Source: Takakia lepidozioides (Eukaryota > Plantae > Bryophyta). From it: a DNA stretch of 64,000 bases. Below are positions 37,601 through 49,400 of the stretch, piece after piece. The notes under the pieces are model-generated. The model was not told the origin of the DNA. It did no database searches and saw only the letters and a program-made list of their open reading frames with translations. A program made the position numbers and the translations under genes. The first letter of the stretch is position 1. Each line of letters starts with the position of its first letter. The stretch lies in contig CM060731.1 of assembly GCA_030704615.1 (NCBI GenBank), positions 23,250,001 to 23,314,000 on the forward strand, written 5' to 3'.

Positions 37601-40600
37601 GAACGTGAACACCAAGCCCGAAATGATGCAGGAGAAGCTTCATCGCCTGTCCACTGCCGTAGTGGAGCCAGAGGTGAAAGTGAAATGGCTTGAGATTTGG
37701 AACGTTGACCCGACAGTGAAAGATAACCACTGCTTTCTGAAGAGTGAGAAGAACAAGGAAATAGGAGTCATACAACAATTCAGTGACCATGTTCTCGATA
37801 TGTGGCTGCACAAAGCCACGTACTGGGCACAGGTTTTTTCCTCTCCCCTTTCCATTTCCACTGCAAATCTGCATTGCACCGGGAAAAGTCACTTACTCTT
37901 CTTAAACATCTTTTCTCTGAATTGTAGAACTGTTCTTGCGTAGATAGAGGCTCGGGCACAGCTGGTGCTGGAGAAGCAGCTGAATGATTACAAGATAACT
38001 ATGACTCCACCGACGGATACTCTAGAAGATTACGTCCGCCAGTGGAAAGCAGCTTGCTTCGGCACTTGCTTCTTCAGGGAGTTCGCCAAAGAGGGAGGCA
38101 TCTCGCGCACTAACGACTTCGAGCAGCAGCATGGATCAGAACAGGCCATGAAGAGGGTTCTATACAGGTTCGTCTTGACACTCTTTTTCCACCCTTCTTT
38201 CCTGTCTCACGAAGTTTCGATTTCGTTGCAGCCCTGCTCTTTTGAATAAACAGTCCCAAAACTGTGTGCGCTGACGCACTTAGTAAAGGGGTGGGCACTT
38301 GTGTGTCTCCCATGCTTTCATTCTACATACAAATATCTGATCTTGTACTGAACCACACCTGCCCTGGCTTGTAAGTAAGGCCTGGGTGGACAGACCAAAA
38401 ATTGAGTGCACTGGCGCACATAGTCAAGGGGTCCTTAAACCATTATCTCACACTTTCCCCACTCACTAATATTCCCTTTGTTTTGATTGTGTAGGTACAT
38501 CAAGAACGTTCTCATTCCAGGCAAGAACCTGAGTCGACACCCGCACTTTATTGACCTATGGTGTGATCCATCCAACTCTCAGACAATGTACACTGCAGGG
38601 ATTTTGAAGGATTATGGGACCTCGCATCTTCGAGACTGCTGCTGGTATATGGATATCCCACGGTCTGGATGCCCTTGGTCTCAAGTTGTGACCCGAAATC
38701 AAAACGACAATGTAGAGGCCTTGGCCCCTCTGACGGAGAAGGAGTTGCACGAGAGAAACTTGAGGATATTGGCTGAGAAAGAGCCTCTTGCACAGAATAC
38801 GCCAGTCAAGCCTAGAAAGGACAAGGGGATAGGGAAGGTAAAGGGGCAGAAAAACACTCCGAATGAGAATGAGATGGAGTCCGTGGTGCAACCGAGGCCA
38901 GTGCAGACCCCACCCCCAGCCAAAAAGCCTGACAGAAAGAAGAAGGGTCTAAAAGAGCCCTACGATGCAATGGAGCACCCATCTAGAATCATTTTTCCGG
39001 GCATGTGCGAGCTGGTAAACGACGGGTTCCTGGCCATGATGGAGACAAGGAAGTCAAGTTACAGTGGTGATCCTTCCAAAACGTGGGACAAGCTATGTGT
39101 TTTTCTCCAATCGGTAAGCAATTATCATGCATGTGTTTGAGTTTTGTTTTCTTTGTTTTATTTTTACTCGGATCAGAAATGTCGCTTATAAAACATCTTC
39201 CTCTTCTTACACGCTATATTGCTTGCAGGCATGGAGGGGGAAGGAATCTTGGGTGAATGGTGCACATAAACCGTTTGCTTCGGAGATAATTATTGTGGAC
39301 ATTCCGGACGGGTAGTTGCTTGTGATGCAACCTTTGGAATGAATGAAAAGAAGGTTCGTCAGATTGTTAACCCGAATTTCTTGAAAGCATGACAAATTAC
39401 GTTCTTCATGTGAAGTCCTCTATTTTGCTACCATTTCCTTTCAAGTCACTTCAGTTACACATGATTGTTGTTGCAGATCTAGTCCTGGATATTCTGCCCA
39501 GTGACACCTGTCCAACATGGAACAAATTTGACGAGAGGTATTGGAGTTGGGTGTTTTCCTTTTGCAAGTTTTTCCTTTCCGATGCAGGGGTTCTTGTTAT
39601 CATACAATCTGTCACGATGAGATGTCGCCGAGAGCTGGCAAGCTACTTGAAAAGCCTCGGGGATGCGGATTATCAAGACTTGGAACTGTGTCAACAGCCT
39701 ATATCTGACGAAGGGGGATTGCAGCCCAGGGCAGAAGGTACGCTTCAAATACTTTATTTTTATGCCTTCTCTGTTGAAGTTCCACTGTACTGACTGTTAT
39801 GAAGTCATGCTGTTTGCACTGCCTGAGTTGAGTGCTTCAGCGCACTCAGTTATGCGGTGCATGAGCAATGACTCTGAACCCGTTCCATCCGGAATGGGTC
39901 TGCACTCCCACCCAGATGTGCTATGAAACATTCCTCACTAATTATTGACCTCTTCATCGCAGACCCGTCTATTTGAGGCCGTCTGTCTCGTGAGGGTACA
40001 TCCACTGTCGACTCCCACCACAATGGTGGAGTTCGAGCTTCATGGGGGAGGATGTTTCATAAATGAGAGGTTCGATCCTGTCGTCGATGACATGCACTAC
40101 AACTATGTGGACTCCAACGTATATTTGCGAAAGCCAAATGGAACGCCTTGGAGAGGGGCCCGTGAAAAAAGCCCGACATCATTGAGAGTTGTTCTCGGCC
40201 AGGGGCCCGCATCATAGATCTCACTCTCGGCACAGGTTTCTCTTCTTGCCTTTGTCATCGATTTCTTTTCTTCGGCACCTTCTTTACTCAATATTCTAAA
40301 ACTCTAATTCCATCATTCTGTCTCTTGCAGGCGCTTCTTACCATGCTTGCAAGGCAGGTGGTAGGCACTTGTTTGGTATGGAAGGAGATGCAGATATTTT
40401 CACTGGCCTACTCGCCGAGTTGCAAGGGGGCTCGTCTACCTCCAATGTGAAGGATGTCACTGCGCAAATTGATATCCTCGATGGAGACGACAAGGACCTG
40501 GACAATGACTTTTCATGTGAGTAAGTTCATTTTCTGTCTATTTGATCCCTTTGGATATTCTCTATCGCGTCCCCTTCTATTGTCTGATTATTACCCAAAT

Positions 40601-40900
40601 GGTGCATTTCTGATTGCAGGAATGTCAACGCACTCCCGTGGCCCATGTCTTCCATATACTTGAGGGACTTGCGCTAGAGCCCACCTCCTAATTATGTCTT
40701 TCCCGACTACGCAGAAGGCATTGCTCGTGTGCAAGCAGCTGTGCTTTCTCCCCATCCTTGCATTGGAGTTCCAGGAAGACGCTCAGGCACCTCCGCGCAA
40801 AGGTCTTCATAGATGATAGTGCCGCAGTTTCAGGTGGTAGCAGTACTTCTAGCAGATAAGCAGATTCAGGTGGTAGCAGTAGCAGTGTTGACACCACCTA
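34692..40900 (+). pseudogene. ParB/Srx-like domain fused to a beta-class N6A/N4C DNA methyltransferase-like domain; ~11 exons, decayed
   Basis: GT-AG exons 34692-34949, 36404-37011, 37117-37308, 37390-37832, 37944-38167, 38495-39113, 39229-39311, 39477-39737, 39963-40235, 40331-40516, 40620-~40900. WDGNHR at 36860-36877; IIIVDIPDG at ~39286-39311; EKSP..IIESCSRPGARIIDLTLGT|GASYHACKAGGRHLFGMEGD. In-frame TAGs at 36530 and 36683 plus several frameshifts. Confidence 0.75.
35028..36336. repeat. Phased array of 11 palindromic sites, consensus AACTGAGTGCG-GTGG-CGCACTCAGTT, in intron 1
   Basis: Cores start at 35033, 35157, 35275, 35421, 35537, 35684, 35798, 35945, 36060, 36206, 36312 (spacings 124,118,146,116,147,114,147,115,146,106). 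The loop is GTGG or CCAC type and alternates for copies 1-8. Confidence 0.92.
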
Positions 40901-41338
40901 CGGATGTACTTGAGGGCATTCATTTATGGAACATGAGGGGACACACTCTCCGTTTTCCGTTGCACCACCATTTCTCTTCCCACCATCCGTTGTAACGAGC
41001 ACGGACTACAATGAAATTCACATCCCTGAATTGAAACATTCTCTCCCCCGCGTCCTGCGAATTTGAAAGTGTTTTCCTTCTAAACATTGCTCTCCAATTC
41101 AACCGTGTGCATTCAATAAAAGTTTTTCAACAGAGATGAATATGTGCATAGTCCAGTAGACAGTCATTCGACATATGCCATCACACCAATATTTGGTTGG
41201 ATGGATGGAGGATGAATCTTTTTGGATGGATGAAGCCAGATTGGATGTGCACTGTGAATGAATGTTGCATGCATGGATGGTCCCATGGATGATGTCAGTG
41301 CGCAGTATCATGCACAGGGGCGGGATGGCGAGGTTCAC

Positions 41339-41843
41339 TGTCGGGGTTGAGGTGGGTCCCTAAGGCTGACAAGGGTTGGGGTTTCTGTTTGGGGTTGCAG
41401 GGTAAATATGGATGAAGACGTGTTTCTGCGGTAATGGGTCCTCTTTAACGGAAATAGACGCCGCATCTTTCCCAAAATCATGCCACGTGTCCTGGGCTCA
41501 CGCCAGGCTCCTAGGCTCACAGGCTCCTGGGCTTACGCTCCTGGGCTCACACTCTAGCATCCCCCATCCCAAGACTCCCCACGACTCCCACCTTAAGGTC
41601 TCCGCCCCATGGTGAGTCCTATGCCACTCCCACTAAGACCCGCTAAGCTACCACCACCCCTCGTGGAACCACCCCCACCGCAACTCGGTGTGCGGGGTTC
41701 CACCTAGTGAGCGCCTCCGCCTCCTTGAGTGCCTTGGGCACTCAAGGGTGCTTCAGCCCCTGTACCTATTATTGCCACTGCCCCCACCACAGGGGCAGCC
41801 CCTTTTGTGTCCCGACCCCCTGCCCTCAAGGCAAAGGGTCGCC
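41339..41843 (+). mobile_element. Possible solo-LTR-like fragment
   Basis: Begins TGTC and ends CA; CCTGGGCTCAC repeats (41491-41550) resemble those in the gypsy LTR at 26.2-26.3 kb; no TSD found. Confidence 0.3.
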
Positions 41844-41844
41844 A

Positions 41845-42710
41845 TACTGCACGAAACGATGATTATTTGGTTCCATATCATCTCGAGCTTCAAGTTTAAC
41901 AATTTTTGGATTTCAAAGCCAATGCACAATCAAAACTGGCAAGAAAAGTGATACCCACTTCAGAAAATTACGAAAATGGGTTATACATTATCCACGCTGG
42001 GGGCAACGATTTCTCCAGTACATCTTCGACACATGGGACCTACAGAGGTCAAGAAACATATTGTGCCTCAGTCGGTGGCTGTAGATTCAGCTGCTACAGA
42101 GAATTTATACAAACGCAAGGCTAGACATTTTTTCATTTACAACGATCCTGCCAAAGGTTGCTCCACTATTTTCCTTTCAAATTGGAGCACACCTGAGGTT
42201 TCAAGATATGAGCATGGTTGTTTGATTCCCTTCAATGAGGTTGTTTTAGCCTACAATGAGGGCTTGAAAAGGATGATTCAAGATCTCCAGCAACAGCTTC
42301 CGGGAATTTCTATTCATTTCGGTCGATATTATGACATCAATGTGGACATTGTGAAGAATCCAGAAAAATATGGATTTCCAAAAGAGAATATATTCCAAGT
42401 GGCTTGTGGATATGGACATCCGTACAATTTCAATTTGGATGTCATGTGCGGAAACATTAACGCAACAGTGGGAGGGAAAGTTGTAGGTTTAGACGTATAC
42501 AAATCTAGGGATCCCAACAAATATATTATATGGGATGGAGTACACTTTACAGAGGCCTTTTACAAGAAGTCATTTTTGACAAAAGAATATTTAGAGCCGC
42601 CAACCAATTTCATGAGAGAATGCAAGTTGAACGGGGAATATTTGCCAAAGGAATGTGATCTATGTAGCGCTCATGAATTGAGGATGGATCATTTTTGTCC
42701 TAGGTTGTAG
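41845..42710 (+). pseudogene. GDSL esterase/lipase, 5'-truncated, intronless relic
   Basis: Block III GLYIIHAGGNDF, GC, VKNPEKYGF, block V YIIWDGVHFTEA; block I (GDS) is missing; stop at 41897-41899 and a frameshift near 42010. Confidence 0.85.
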
Positions 42711-43823
42711 ATTCCCAATATTTGGGTTTGAATTGTGCAATAAAAGATATAATAGTGCATTGCCATCTATCTGTTGTTGTTTAAGAGGCAATGAACTTGG
42801 TGAGTAACGATAGGTGGGGTGGTGGTCACCTACTTGGTGAAACAAGACGGTAAGATAACAAAGCAACGAGATATCCCTCTAATCAATCAACTTCATTAAC
42901 TAACTTACTTTGATTCTGGGATTAGCTCACACATTTTCTTCAGAGGAATATGTGATGTACTCAATCTTGCGGGATGGATTATGTAGTGGAATCTGGCCAA
43001 CACAGCAACTGTTGGAGATTTTTTCTGAGCTTTGAGTGGTGGCCTGCCCTCAGCTGTATGTCTCAGAAGTTTGGTGTTGTGGGACGGTCTTACAGAAATG
43101 GAGGGCCTATAAGGAATCTAGAGTCAGAGAGAGAGTGAGAGTACTTACATGTTTGGGCCTGTAATCTCTGGGTGTGCGTATGAAATAGAAAGCTTCATAA
43201 AACATTGTTCACTGTTCGTCTTTATATTATGTTTGGCAAGTGGGTGCTAATTCTTTCTGAAATATAAAGATATATTGGCAGATGATCTATGATGATAGAA
43301 CAAGCTGCTCGTGCAAACTTCACAATCTGTCTCCTTCAATAGAAATCTTTCAGTCCCCATGGTTTCTTTTGGCGATGGGGTCTAGATCCAAATTAGACAA
43401 TAAAGGCAGGTCAAAGACAGAAGAACAAGAAATTGGATGGAGAATAATAATAAGAGGAAATCTATAATGCCCATTCGGGTCCATGGAAAATGTAGAGCAA
43501 CTATGTAGCAAATCGAACCTCACACGCTGAATGAACATGGAGTGCCTAATCCAGAGAAGCCAGGTAGCACACCTGGTCCTCGTAACTGAAGGTTTATGCT
43601 AGGGAAGAGGAATCTCAACAAAAACTTAAGAACATGTAATGTCCACATGCATGAAGAGACTCGAGTCCAAGTTGCTTGATTTTCGTGAGCATGGCCCATG
43701 CACCCAGTTTTGACAGATGATAGGAGATGGAAGACTACGGCTGAAGCTAGGCTAAAGAGCCACTTCCTCTGGAAATGATATGGAGAACAATAAGGAAGAG
43801 GAAAACAGAGAGGGGAGTGTCCA

Positions 43824-44912
43824 CTACAAGCCTGTAGGAGGTGCATATTCATGAACCTTACCACATTCACTTGGTTCTAGAGGAGCATCAGGGGGTGGTT
43901 GTGGACCGCATGCATGACCAGGTGGAAAATGATCCAGATTGGTGTTCCTACCCCGCATCACTGGCAAAGTTTCCTGTAATTTTTCCCGTAGTATATACAC
44001 TGTTATCTCAAACATTATAAACAGGGCGCCTTCATAGCAGCTACCCATTGGCAATATCTTGTTATCAGTAACTAGGAAACGAGCTCGCTCAGGTGGATAC
44101 AATGTGATACCTGCCTTCAACCCAGGGGTCTCCCCCCCAGCCACCAACTCACCTTCTGGTATGCTTTTAGTTGACCCCTTCACTGATCCCTTTGCAGCAG
44201 TAGACTTGGCATTAGCAGCTGGATCCCCCTTGTCACCGCCTTTTGAGGGAGGAGCATCATTTCCCCCTTTCCCACCTTTGGTTGGAGAGGCATCTTCCCC
44301 CCCCTTCCCTTTGGGAGGTTCAGCGGCCATGGGATCACCTTTAAGTACTTTCTGCGGGAGAGCGTTTGAGTGCTCCAACTGCCATGGGGACTTCCCATCT
44401 ACCATCTGTAGGGGCTGAGCATCTACTGGAGCTTCATGTCGAGCACCAGTGGTAAAATCATCGTCGGCCATTGTTTGAGCAGGTAGTAGAGCGATGACAG
44501 TTGCTAGTTTTGCAGCTGTGCCCTCTGGCTTTGCTGTTATCACCAACACCCTAGCGCCAGATCCAGTAGCCTCACTTATGAGGACATCCAAGGTACTGGG
44601 CCATCCTGGCCCAGAGCTCACAATCAAGAGGTCTCCAGGGCCAAGCATGGGAGTGGACATATCACCAAAGAAGTGCACACTCATCAACCCCAAATGGCAT
44701 AGCCGCATGGCAAAGCCTCGCATCATCAGGCCCTCTCTGCCTAAGGCATGAAGCACAATGTGCTTGCCCCTGGCCCTCATGATTTCTTTCACCAGAACAA
44801 TCGTTGGATCCTGCTTGCTCACCTCTGCTCGATTGAAGACCCGGTGAATCTCTGCTAAAGCTGTGACAGCCATGAATGACAGTGATGTTTGAACCAAGCT
44901 TGGTGAGGCCAT
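43824..44912 (-). CDS. 6-phospho-3-hexuloisomerase-like SIS-domain protein with a long low-complexity insert
   Basis: 362-aa uninterrupted ORF; LGREGLMMRGFAMRLCHLG, GDMSTPMLGPGDLLIVSSGPG, LPAQTMADD, LPMGSCYEGAL, MRGRNTNL match the HxlB/PHI pattern. Confidence 0.85.
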   Translation of the reverse strand: MASPSLVQTSLSFMAVTALAEIHRVFNRAEVSKQDPTIVLVKEIMRARGKHIVLHALGREGLMMRGFAMRLCHLGLMSVHFFGDMSTPMLGPGDLLIVSSGPGWPSTLDVLISEATGSGARVLVITAKPEGTAAKLATVIALLPAQTMADDDFTTGARHEAPVDAQPLQMVDGKSPWQLEHSNALPQKVLKGDPMAAEPPKGKGGEDASPTKGGKGGNDAPPSKGGDKGDPAANAKSTAAKGSVKGSTKSIPEGELVAGGETPGLKAGITLYPPERARFLVTDNKILPMGSCYEGALFIMFEITVYILREKLQETLPVMRGRNTNLDHFPPGHACGPQPPPDAPLEPSECGKVHEYAPPTGL

Positions 44913-46424
44913 GGCTTCACCTCAACTGGTAAGTTCAGTAAAATTCTGACTATAATACATTCTGAAGACTAAAGGTTCCAAGGACAAACTAGAACCTCCA
45001 TACTTCATTCAGTATCAATATTTGCAGATTTGTCAATGTCCCTCCATTAAGGTCCACTCCTCCTCGCCAATGCGAAGCCCATTCCTTTTGTGCGTGTGAA
45101 CATCTCTCAATAATCTGGTGAGGCAACATCACAGGAACCAGAAGCCATCATATTCTGTAAACCACAGCGGAAAAATTAAGACTCTTCACAACTTTTGGCC
45201 TTGCAATTCCTGGGCTTGCTTCACACCTATGCCCATGTAAGAAGAAAGAAACGAAAAGAAATGGTACGTTTTAACGTCCACGGAAAGTCCAAGGAGCTTA
45301 TGGGACAAGTGGAAGCAAGAAACAAGAAAGAGTGAGGGGCCACACTCAGCCCAAAAGCCACAAGAATGAAAGTTATAACATCCATGAGAAGCTCGAAGAG
45401 GTTATGGGGAAAATGAAAGCATGGTATAAGGAAAAAGAAGTACCAACAAGCAGCTAGAAAACTACTGTTCAACTTCGAGACATTATCTAGGTGGAGAGCC
45501 TCATTTGGATATGCGGCCAGGCAAGTTTGATCCCTAATGAAACATGTGTGTGAGGTTGTTTCTAAGTAGAAAAGAATGAACGTTATACCATACCCATGTG
45601 TGTGTGAGAGAAATGAAATGAAATGGTACTTGATAACGTTTGCAAGAAGCTCAAAGAGCTTATGGGACACGAGGAGAAAAGAAACAAGATAGAGAGATGA
45701 GCCACAAACAGCCCAAAAGCAACTACCTCAAGGGATTGTCGAGGAGTCACAAGAGAGAGAGAGTGAGTGAGTGAGTGAGTTGAGTGTATAATTTGGTATC
45801 TAAAACACTTTCTAAGTGGCAAAGAAGACTCTATCACAAAAGAATCACACCTATTTTGGACAGTGGAGCTTCAGACAACATGACTATTTACAATCCTTCC
45901 GTCTTCTGTCTGCAGTTATTGGTCCTCCTCCTCATTCCAGTGGGACAGGTAGGTCTCACAGCCAAATGAGCGGCATCTGCATCTTCCAGGAATCAGACCT
46001 GGACCTCTCTCAAAGCCCCGAATCTCCTCTCTCTCTCTCTTTCTCCATTTCTTTCATTTTCTCTCTGCAGGCCAGGGCGAAGTCATGGTGGGAGGGTATG
46101 TCCTGTTCACGTGAATGCAACGGTTTTAAACCGACAGCAGAATATGAGATGGATGAAGAGAACACGTCTGTGTCGTGGATCCAAAACATGAGGAGGAATC
46201 ACACAGATCCTCCAAGTACCGGCCAAAGGAACAAAGTGTGAATCCCGATTCCCTTTCCTGGGTGATGTGTGTACAAACCCTTTGCGCATCAAATTCCAGC
46301 AACATTTGAGCCCAAGTCTATCGCGACAGTGTGGCGACGATGCAACCAGCGGTAACCCAGAAACGAATGGATGTGTTGGAACTTGGGTCTGGAGGGTTGA
46401 GTATCGGGAATGCTTCCCGACGTC

Positions 46425-49400
46425 ATGGCGCCCCCTCCTCTTTCCTCTCTACATTATGGACACCTTTGCACTCCACGCTATATTGCTAGTTTTTCTTCTT
46501 TCGGCCCTCATGAAGTCAGCCCGTTACAGGAGGATTCATGTAGACAAGTTAGAAGTTCCGCAGTGTTTGGGCGAGGACATGCTGGGGTAGCTGAGATGCG
46601 CAGGTTAGCGTACCAAGGGCTGAAATTCTCATGGGGTGAAGAATCGTTGCATGTCGGTAGCTCGTGCAACTGGCGAGGAGAATTGGTGGGTTTGCAGGTC
46701 GCCAGGCCAGCCAATTTTCCTCGTTGGAGTGCTTCTATGTGGAAAGGAGGAGCGAACAATGGAACTTCAAAGCCTGCAGAATCTATACAATTCGTGGATG
46801 GAGAGAATCCGCCCACCACTGTGTTGGCACCCAGTCGGAGAATTGTTGCCAGTAAGTTGTCTTTCCAATGAATGCATGGTCGAATTTTACAAGGCAACTA
46901 GGTCTCGCAAATCTGATTACAGGGTTGGCAACGGAGAGTTTTGTCACCGCACTACCTCTCCTGTTGACACACCTTAATCATTGGCAATGGGTCGGTTAAG
47001 GGAGTTTTATCTACCACACTACTTCTCCTGTTGATACAGATCAAAAGCGCAAAAGTTGCAAGCTCTAATCTTTGATGTAGTAGTCTCAATGAACTCATGG
47101 CTCAGATATTCAATACAGCCTCTGAATGGCACTCAACGGGCCGATTTAGAGATAGCTAACTATAGAAGCAAAACATACTTGGGAGCTGCAGTTGTCCGTG
47201 CGTGAGCATTTTCAGAAGATTTGGGAGTGCAGGAGGATGGAAATATTAGGGCTTCCATGTCTTTCACACTGCTGTGTCCCTGGAATAAAGAGGTAGAAAA
47301 ATTGGCCGGCTGTGGTCTGACAAAGAAAGCAAATTTGTCTGGTGAGTGCTATACAGTTGGTGATTTACATGGAGACTTCAAGAGGACGCAGTGGGCCCTG
47401 CAATTGGCTGGAGTGTTGAGCAAGGATGGACTGCACCGGTGGATTGGAGGATCAACGGTGACTAAATTTTACCTCCGTCCGTCAAAGAGTTGTGGGGCGC
47501 AAAACATTGTATTTCTTGTGCAGCAACTTTATACAGCTTCCACGGACAAAACTGTGACAACACTATCATGCACCTTCCAGTGATATGCAGAGAGAGAAAC
47601 TCTGTGTGTGCCCTTGCTAACATTAAGGGGTGGCAAGGGAAGGATGTAGGTGCTGGTGCAAGTGGGGGACATACTGGACAGAGGAGATGATGAGATTGCC
47701 ATAATGTCGCTGTTAGCATTCTTGGGCAAGCAAGCTCGCAGCAAGGGTGGGGCTGTCTTTCAGGTTTTGTTTCAGTCTCTTTTTTTACTTAGGCCCCTGG
47801 CTTGTAGGTGGAGAGGATTGAAATGTGCTCAGCATAAATTAGGCAATATATCGGACTGTTAGAGTTCTGCAATGATTTGTGGATTTTTTATTGATTTTCT
47901 AAGTCACTCTAGTTTCTTAGGGTTACTGAGGGCAATATTGCTCTATGAGTCTCAAGGTACAATATGTGTTCTAATCCACATTGGCTGCACTTTCCATGGA
48001 ATAGGTGAATGGGAATCATGAAACCCTGAATGTCGCTTGTGATTTTCGTTATGCTACACCTGGTGGGTTCCACGAGGCGGAAGCCTTTTCAGAGTACTGT
48101 GAGGAGCAGCATGGTGGGAACTGGGAGGCAGCTTTTGCTGAGTGGCGACTATCATCCCAAGAAAGGAAAGCTAATCGTGGGCTCCTTCTAGGAAGCTGGC
48201 TTTTCCCTATCTTCAACCCTCTAAGAGTATGCCCATTCTATCTACTTGTTTTGACCTGATCCCTGTCACTTTTCTGACTTTCTTGAATTGGGACACGATG
48301 GCTTGCACCAATTCAAGTAGCACTTTTAGGGCCCGGTATTTAGGGCAGTTATGCTTGGCTATCAACCAAATCGCTGGGGCTGGGTGGGAGAAACAGCTAA
48401 AATCTTGGCACATGGCTTTGCAGCCTGCCTCATAATTTTCATCTTCCAGATTGGGAGAAGGTACTGCCAAAAGGTTGTTGGGAGAAAACAACCATATGAA
48501 GTGGAAAGTATCACTGAGACCTCAATGTGGGATATTGTTGGATTATAACAGATGCACAAGGGGATAGCTGCCAGGACACTGCTCTTCACTCCAGGAGGAC
48601 CACTTGCAAAGGAGCTGGCAAATCATGGGGTGGTGCTCAAGGTGAATGATTGGCTTTTTGCTCATGGAGGTGTCCTGCCTCACCATGGTAACGACCGATT
48701 CTCTTTCCCAGATTTTGTCTTTCATCAGCCTCCTATGCATTTCTTTTACATCTGGTGCCTCCATTTCTTCAAGCTTCTATCCTTCTATGGTTGCTCGTTA
48801 TAGTCTATCATAAGAGGAAACTATTCTGATTGCACAAATATCCAATGGGTTGCCTCAACATGGGGGTGTTCTGGGCTCCCTTGTGTCAGCACAACAGAGA
48901 GCAGCATCATGGATGTACCTTATAATATGGCCTATCCTCAATGTATTGACAGCTTGTATGTCTCAATGTTCATTTGCTATTATGAATTGATACCTCAATT
49001 TCTGCTCTCTGCTTGTGTAGTGGAGTATGGACTGCACAGGATGAACAATGAAGTAAGCCAATGGATGAAAGGTGACTTAAATCGTTGGGGTCAACGAGTT
49101 CAAATGCCCTTCATTGCCACCAGAGGATTTGATAGCATCGTCTGGAGCAGGCTTTACTCACGCGAGGAATTTGAGAAACCTGAGGATAAAATCCAGGTCA
49201 CCGACATTCTACCTGTCCGAGTCATTCTCTTCCTGTGCCACTACTGTGTTCTGGTTGGTTATTGTGATGTGGCTGCAGAGTAAGAAAAGGCTTGATAAGT
49301 TGATGGAGAAATTGCTCACTTGCTGAACTTGCACCTGGCCTGTATCATGGGTCGTTTTGTAACGATGTTTTGAATTGGAAAGCACCTTTTTGGCCTGGAT

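Noticed and set aside
34692-40900. Bacterial/phage contamination as the source of the ParB-MTase gene
   Set aside because: About ten GT-AG introns and continuity with plant TE/PPR sequence.
45270-45725. Degenerate direct repeats (gagcttatgggac...cagcccaaaagc)
   Set aside because: Low identity; no boundaries or function supportable.
45853-45885. ILDSGASDNMT, a copia protease-like motif
   Set aside because: Isolated 11-aa match with no flanking gag/pol homology.
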